Source: a virus | Lineage: Duplodnaviria > Caudoviricetes | Reading direction: 5' to 3' (one strand) | Length of the DNA stretch: 30,522 nt | IMG/VR virus record: IMGVR_UViG_3300034685_000369 | Span: 1 to 30,522 of that record | Part shown: in pieces, positions 24,887-30,522 of the stretch | How positions within the stretch are numbered: the first letter of the stretch is position 1 | How the letters are laid out: each line of letters starts with the position of its first letter | Notes under the pieces: generated by a model | The model's input: the letters and a program-made list of their open reading frames with translations, nothing else | Told to the model about the DNA's origin: nothing | Databases searched by the model: none | Position numbers and translations under genes: made by a program

Positions 24887-27279
24887 TAGGCGAGTATACG
24901 TTCAAAATAAACGGCTTAGATTGCGACCCCGCATATTCCGACGATTTAAAATTGGAATATACGTTACAGCAAGACGCTTTTTATTACCGAAAAGCGCTTG
25001 TCGGAGAACTTACTTTTGTAAGGGGCGATTACGACTATATTATGTCTCAACCTTTCGATACGCGTTTTAACGTAGACGTGTATAATAATGGCGTATTATT
25101 TTTTAGCGGGTATTTTGCACGAACAGACTGCAAAGAGAATGTAGACGACCGCAATATAAAAGTACAGCTTAATTCGACCGATGCCTATGACGCTATATTG
25201 AATAACTTCGATACGACGTATAATATACTCGATTTGGGTATAAAGCTGGAGCATATATTAATCGATAAACGACCTGCTATACAGGTATATGCCCTCGGTG
25301 ACGAAGTAGTATCGGTATTTTTGCGCGATATATTCTGGGAGCAACCGGTAAATACGAAAGTAACTTCTCATACGGCATTAATTAATACATATCATTTCAG
25401 TTATTACGGGATGGCATGCGATGTCGTTATATCGCAGTCGCCGGTTTCCGCCATAAACGGTCGGTATCTCGGCGTCGGTTCGAGAGGAACAAATACGAAT
25501 AACTTATACGCGTTAGATTGGTCGTGGGACGTCCGTAATACGGTAGGCAGGTATTTATTGGTAAGACTTTCCGACTCGACTATACTTTATCATTCCGATT
25601 GGTTCGACCCGTCGGAGCAAGTATCGGCTTTCGACCTGTACGATTATTCCGATAATTTCGGCGGCAGAGTAGAGGGCAGAATAACGTCTATATATATGCG
25701 CGCCCTATGCGACGTAACTATGGTAGGGTCGTTGGCTACATATCCTTTACCCGCTAACGATATAACGCAAAACGGCTTAAATTATTCGAGAGCCATTGGC
25801 TACAATTTCGATAACGCTTTGGCAATCAGTACAGAAGAGAGTACGACCCCTACAAAATACGGACGTACAAATTCGCTCAATTACTTTGCCGAAATGACGA
25901 ATATGTATGGCGACAAGTTTTTTCCGGTTGCTCGGAGTAGCTGGATAAATTCGTCTATTTGGTTTACGTTTCGCGGAGGAGGATTTATCGTAGACGAAGC
26001 GGCGCGCAGAACGTTTTTATTGCGTGACGCATACGTACTGTCGAGCGTTATCGATAAATTACTGAAGCAGATAAATTCGGACTATTATTTTAGCGAGTCA
26101 AATTCGCAATTTTTATACGGTTCGACACCGATAAAACAAGACGGTACGCGATTATTCCTAACGCAAAAAACCAATATACTGAAAGGTAATTACGATAAAC
26201 CGGCACAAAAAGCGGAAGTATCGTTAAAGCAAATACTCGATATGCTTTCGGCAGTTTATTCTTGCAGATGGCACATGGAAGGTAATGCCTTGCATATCGA
26301 ACATATATCGTATTATAAAAAGGGGCGCACCTATCTTTCTACGGATATAGTAGGTATGGATTTGACTGCCGAAACGCATGTAAGGCATTATAAACCGTAT
26401 ACGTTTCAGAAAAACAGTTTTACTTACGATAAAGAGGCATTACCGGAAAAGATAATATATAAATACGGCGACAATACGACCGAAATATTTAACGGCAGAC
26501 CGGTTAAGGTTATATCGTCTTTTGTGGAAAAAAGTAAAACCCAAGAAATTAATGTCGGTAATTTTAATGCCGACGTGGATTATATGTTATTAAACCCTTC
26601 AGACGTAAGTAACGACGGATTTGCCTTATTAGCGGCAAGGTTAATTAATAATATCAATTTAATCGATAAAAATTCGCAGTATTACGCCATTAACGCGAAA
26701 TTAAATACGAGCGGGGTTTTGATTTATGCTTCCGGATTTACTACTTCGGGGTATATACCCGTTAACCCCGGCGTAATATACTCGACCAATTATAATTGCG
26801 AAATGGGCGGATGGTTTAATTTCGTCGGCGATTTTATTGCCTCGTTTACTAATTCGATAAACGGCGTTACGGCACCGCCAGAAGCTACTTATGCGCGGGT
26901 AAGTTTTAACTCCACTTATACCGATTTCGCTTTTATACAAGGCAATAGCCCGCAAAGCTATAAATTACCGTATATCGATATAACGGTAGACGGCGTAGAT
27001 TATAGCTTACAAAACGGCTATTTGTCTTTTGCGTCGCTTATACCGGCTTTTCATACGCACGATTTGCCCGCATATAACGTAGAAATTAACGGCGTACAGT
27101 TTTCCGGCCCCGTGCATTTACGCAAGACCAAAAAACAGTCTTTGTGGGTAAACAGCCTTTCAGACCCGGAGCCTTACAGATTAGTAAAAACTAATATAGG
27201 TAACGGTCTTATAGAAAAAATGAGTATTAACCTAATAAGCAGACGGGTAGACCTGTCCTTAACTTATGATACATATTAA
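24883..27279 (+). CDS. Tail tip/baseplate hub protein
   Basis: 798 aa directly after the tape measure; hub-like SLKQIL..L...W...G..L.IEH segment; possible inserted carbohydrate-binding-like domain near the C-terminus. Confidence 0.65.
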   Translation: MIGEYTFKINGLDCDPAYSDDLKLEYTLQQDAFYYRKALVGELTFVRGDYDYIMSQPFDTRFNVDVYNNGVLFFSGYFARTDCKENVDDRNIKVQLNSTDAYDAILNNFDTTYNILDLGIKLEHILIDKRPAIQVYALGDEVVSVFLRDIFWEQPVNTKVTSHTALINTYHFSYYGMACDVVISQSPVSAINGRYLGVGSRGTNTNNLYALDWSWDVRNTVGRYLLVRLSDSTILYHSDWFDPSEQVSAFDLYDYSDNFGGRVEGRITSIYMRALCDVTMVGSLATYPLPANDITQNGLNYSRAIGYNFDNALAISTEESTTPTKYGRTNSLNYFAEMTNMYGDKFFPVARSSWINSSIWFTFRGGGFIVDEAARRTFLLRDAYVLSSVIDKLLKQINSDYYFSESNSQFLYGSTPIKQDGTRLFLTQKTNILKGNYDKPAQKAEVSLKQILDMLSAVYSCRWHMEGNALHIEHISYYKKGRTYLSTDIVGMDLTAETHVRHYKPYTFQKNSFTYDKEALPEKIIYKYGDNTTEIFNGRPVKVISSFVEKSKTQEINVGNFNADVDYMLLNPSDVSNDGFALLAARLINNINLIDKNSQYYAINAKLNTSGVLIYASGFTTSGYIPVNPGVIYSTNYNCEMGGWFNFVGDFIASFTNSINGVTAPPEATYARVSFNSTYTDFAFIQGNSPQSYKLPYIDITVDGVDYSLQNGYLSFASLIPAFHTHDLPAYNVEINGVQFSGPVHLRKTKKQSLWVNSLSDPEPYRLVKTNIGNGLIEKMSINLISRRVDLSLTYDTY

Positions 27280-28114
27280 TACATCGGCATTAGCTTTTTA
27301 CGACAGGTTAGACAGACAAAGCCACAGACTCGATTATGCCTATAACGGCGTGTACAGTTTAATTTGTTCGACAATTAAGCTATTGCCTTTTCAAGTTATT
27401 GTCGATAAAACGTTTCCGACTGTTACTGCTTTGGCTGTTATGACTAAAGACGGTGCGCAGGTTCAAACTTTAGCGGCAAGTACAATATTACGCAAGACTT
27501 TTACCGATTACGACGTATTGATGTATATCGGTACAAATACGCTAACACAGGAGTTGGACGAAGGATTATACTATTTGGAGTTGCGAGCGGGGGCTACGAT
27601 TTTATATAGCGAAGTATTTAATGCCGTTAAAACGGTACAGGCTTCCGAAGTGTTAGGTATAACTTATTGGGATAACGAGGACTTCGTATTTCAACATACG
27701 GCGGGTCGATTAGTTTATTCCGACAATTACAGAAACAAGTTGTACCTGCCTACGAAATTAGCTAAACCCGATTACAAAATAGAGGAAGTAGTGGAAGACA
27801 GAGACGGGTTTAAATTCGTAGAAAAGCAAATACAAAAGAAGCTATTCAGGTTTTCTTTTTTAGCTACGGAGTATATATGCGACGTTGTTGCATTGATAGG
27901 TATGCACGATAATATCGTAATAACGTATAACAATAAGATTTATATCGTATATGATATTTTGTTTACACCTACTTGGACTGCAGACGGGTTTTTGGCGAAT
28001 GTAGATGCCGAATTTACTACCGATGCAGTTATTAAAAAAATCGGTCGCTTATTTCCTAAGCATAACCTCGGGGATTTTAATTCTGACTTTAATTCGGATT
28101 TTAACGTAATATGA
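27266..28114 (+). CDS. Minor tail protein
   Basis: 282 aa, beta-rich; ends GDFNSDFNSDFNVI. Confidence 0.6.
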   Translation: MIHINTSALAFYDRLDRQSHRLDYAYNGVYSLICSTIKLLPFQVIVDKTFPTVTALAVMTKDGAQVQTLAASTILRKTFTDYDVLMYIGTNTLTQELDEGLYYLELRAGATILYSEVFNAVKTVQASEVLGITYWDNEDFVFQHTAGRLVYSDNYRNKLYLPTKLAKPDYKIEEVVEDRDGFKFVEKQIQKKLFRFSFLATEYICDVVALIGMHDNIVITYNNKIYIVYDILFTPTWTADGFLANVDAEFTTDAVIKKIGRLFPKHNLGDFNSDFNSDFNVI

Positions 28115-30522
28115 CACGAGAAGAGATAGATAACCTCATAATAGAGAACATATATACCAACGATGCAGGATTGATAACCGGTATTATTCTGCAAGAGGTA
28201 TTGCTATCTATGGTCGAGTATAATGCAGAGTCGGCACATACGCATGTAAATAAATCTATTCTCGACCAGCTTACGCAAGCAAATTTGGATGTATTGTCAC
28301 GATTAAGCATTATCGATAATAAATTACGGGTTAACTCCGATATGTACTCGACGGGTGAAATATCGGCATACGGTGTAGGTATAGACCCCGGTGGAGGAGC
28401 CGGAGCTTCTGCTTTAAGCGAGTTAAACGACGTAGCTTTAACCGTACCTAATGTAGGCGATTTACTTTTATATAACGGCACTCATTGGGAGAATAAGCCG
28501 CAATCGGCAATTACGCCAGATTTATCGGCTTATGCGCAAAAGACATACGTCGATACTGCAATAGCAAATTTAGTTTCGTCAGCACCGAGTACGCTTGACA
28601 CGTTAAACGAACTCGCAGCTGCATTGGGAAACGACCCTAACTTCGCAACGACGGTAACAAACATGATTGCAGGTAAGGAGAATGCCATTGTTGCAGGGAA
28701 TGCCTCGCAATATTTTCGTGGAGACAAAACTTGGCAAACACTAAACACAAGCGTTGTGCCTGAAAGTGGTAACCTATACTTCACGAATGCGAGGGTTAAG
28801 GCGTATGCCGACACGCTTTATTTGCCGATAAACGGAAATGCTGTTTCCGCAACAAAGCTGCAAACAGCACGTTCATTCTCAATTACAGGCGCAGCAACCG
28901 CTTCGGCAGTGAATTTTGACGGCACTTCAAATGTTGCTTTAAATGTTACTTCACTAAGTGCAGGAAATTTAACAGGAACTATGCCATCGTCGGTACTCGG
29001 CAATTCGACGTTATACGTAGGAACGACGGCTATACCTTTGAATAGGACAAGCGCTTGGCAAGCGTTGACAGGAATTACTTCTTTGCAAATTGGAAGTGCT
29101 TCGGCTTCTGCAAAACTTATGTACGACGCTGCGAAAAATGCCGTGTATGTCGTCGGTTCTGACGGAACTACGGCTGTTAACTTCTATGCGACAGGTGAAG
29201 TTTCTGCTTACGGAGCTGGCACAGGAGGAGGAAGCGTAAGCTATAACAGGCTCGATGCTTGGTCAGATTACACTTCAGACAAAGCTGGATGGGTATTATC
29301 TGCGCTATTGGGAAACGATTTAAATACGAGGTTATCGTTGCTCGAAGCTGGAGGAAGCGGAAGCTATCAACCGCTCGATGCAGATTTGACGTCGATAGCA
29401 GGATTGACAGGCACAAGCGGGTTTCTTAAGAAGACAGGCGTAAACAGCTGGGAGCTTGATACAAATTCGTATGCGCTTGCTTCACACACGCATACATTTG
29501 CTTCACTTACAAGCAAACCGACGACACTTTCTGGGTACGGTATTACAGATGCGGCTAATATAAATCATAATCATAATGGTGTTTACGAACCTGTATTTTC
29601 AAAGAATACAGCTTTTAATAAGAACTTCGGGACTACTGCAGGTACTGTTTCAGAAGGTAATCATACGCATACGTTTGCTTCACTTACAAATAAACCAAAT
29701 ACAATTGCTGGATATGGCATAACAGATGGAATCACAGGAACAGGAAATGCTAATTATCTGCCTAAATTCACAGGAGCTTCATCTATTGGTAATTCTGTAA
29801 TATATGAAAGTGATGGAAAGATAGGGATTGGAACGACTACACCCGAAAATTCAGAAAAGTGGGAACAAGTGTTAGACGTTAGGGGAACTGCTCACGCAAA
29901 GAGTATAGTAACTACCACAAATGTTCATACTGGAGTATGGTCACATAATAGTGGTTTCTATGGTGCTCCAGCAGGTGGTATAATTGGGACAAAAAGTAAT
30001 CACCCACTTTCACTTATTACAAATGGAGCTTTTAAGGTAATAATATCAAATATTGGCAATGTAGGTATAGGTACAACTACACCCTCTCAAAAACTCCACG
30101 TAATTGGTAATGCTATTGTATCAGGAACAGTAACAGCACCAACTTTTATAGGAGCTTTAAGTGGTAATGCTTCATCGGCAACAAAGTTACAAACTGCAAG
30201 AACAATAGCAGGAGTTTCATTTGACGGTACAGCTAACATAGCTATTCCATTTGCTAATCTTTCAAGCAAACCGACCACTTTAGCAGGCTATGGCATTACG
30301 GATGCGGCAAGTTTAAATCATACTCACGCTTATCTTCCATTATCTGGAGGAAGTTTAACTTCTACGATGAAAAATGTAACTACTGGAGTATTTGGTAGTC
30401 CACACTTGGCATTAAAAGCATCTAATACCTTAGACAATAATGGATTTGTTGGTATGACTTTTGCAACTTCAACCAGTCCTAACTATGGATATTCTTTAGG
30501 AGCTTTAAGAAGTACAAATGGT
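28111..30522 (+). CDS. Tail fibre / receptor-binding protein (partial, at least 804 aa, open at the window end; absent from the ORF track)
   Basis: ATG at 28111 overlaps the upstream TGA; no stop to 30522; motifs APSTLDTLNELAAALGNDPNFATT, YQPLDADLTSIAGL, ATKLQTAR x2, KPTTLxGYGITD-like x3, H-x-H motifs, GIGTTTP x2. Confidence 0.92.
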   Translation, partial: MTREEIDNLIIENIYTNDAGLITGIILQEVLLSMVEYNAESAHTHVNKSILDQLTQANLDVLSRLSIIDNKLRVNSDMYSTGEISAYGVGIDPGGGAGASALSELNDVALTVPNVGDLLLYNGTHWENKPQSAITPDLSAYAQKTYVDTAIANLVSSAPSTLDTLNELAAALGNDPNFATTVTNMIAGKENAIVAGNASQYFRGDKTWQTLNTSVVPESGNLYFTNARVKAYADTLYLPINGNAVSATKLQTARSFSITGAATASAVNFDGTSNVALNVTSLSAGNLTGTMPSSVLGNSTLYVGTTAIPLNRTSAWQALTGITSLQIGSASASAKLMYDAAKNAVYVVGSDGTTAVNFYATGEVSAYGAGTGGGSVSYNRLDAWSDYTSDKAGWVLSALLGNDLNTRLSLLEAGGSGSYQPLDADLTSIAGLTGTSGFLKKTGVNSWELDTNSYALASHTHTFASLTSKPTTLSGYGITDAANINHNHNGVYEPVFSKNTAFNKNFGTTAGTVSEGNHTHTFASLTNKPNTIAGYGITDGITGTGNANYLPKFTGASSIGNSVIYESDGKIGIGTTTPENSEKWEQVLDVRGTAHAKSIVTTTNVHTGVWSHNSGFYGAPAGGIIGTKSNHPLSLITNGAFKVIISNIGNVGIGTTTPSQKLHVIGNAIVSGTVTAPTFIGALSGNASSATKLQTARTIAGVSFDGTANIAIPFANLSSKPTTLAGYGITDAASLNHTHAYLPLSGGSLTSTMKNVTTGVFGSPHLALKASNTLDNNGFVGMTFATSTSPNYGYSLGALRSTNG

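Noticed and set aside
28101-30278. Minus-strand ORFs in the last 2.4 kb
   Set aside because: All are antisense to the uninterrupted plus-strand tail fibre frame starting at 28111
28111-30522. Diversity-generating retroelement or invertible shufflon acting on the fibre
   Set aside because: No reverse transcriptase, invertase or adenine-specific TR/VR pair is visible; the gene's 3' end lies outside the window
1-30522. Alternative genetic code (stop-codon reassignment)
   Set aside because: Genes tile densely under the standard code, with TAA, TGA and TAG all used as stops at tight gene junctions
1-30522. Prophage boundary or integration module
   Set aside because: No integrase, att-like site or host housekeeping gene is seen in this window

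Overview
A 30.5-kb piece of a tailed dsDNA phage (siphovirus-like), most likely infecting a Bacteroidota host. Support for the host: TAnnTTTG promoters, A-rich start contexts without Shine-Dalgarno motifs, and capsid/tail-tube proteins that I recognise from memory as resembling Bacteroides phages B40-8/B124-14. There are three parts. (1) 1-8190, minus strand: an early/accessory region of small genes. It holds a tandem array of six ~117-aa paralogues (an Ocr-like DNA-mimic role is hypothesised), two smaller paralogue families, and a duplicated non-coding module made of a ~90-bp leader plus 23-bp tandem repeats (~7 vs 3 copies). (2) 8191-10689: a 2.5-kb gene-free region where transcription diverges. 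It contains several repeat families (46-bp x5; 166-188-bp x3) and a 42-bp near-perfect palindrome at the centre of a larger symmetric structure, a candidate origin, packaging or terminus region. (3) 10690-30522, plus strand: the packaging and virion module (terS, terL, tail tube, portal, scaffold, major capsid, neck genes, tail chaperone, tape measure, tail proteins) and a mosaic tail fibre that is cut off by the window edge and missing from the ORF track. GATC and GAWTC appear strongly depleted on a by-eye scan. All homology statements come from motif recognition; no searches were run.
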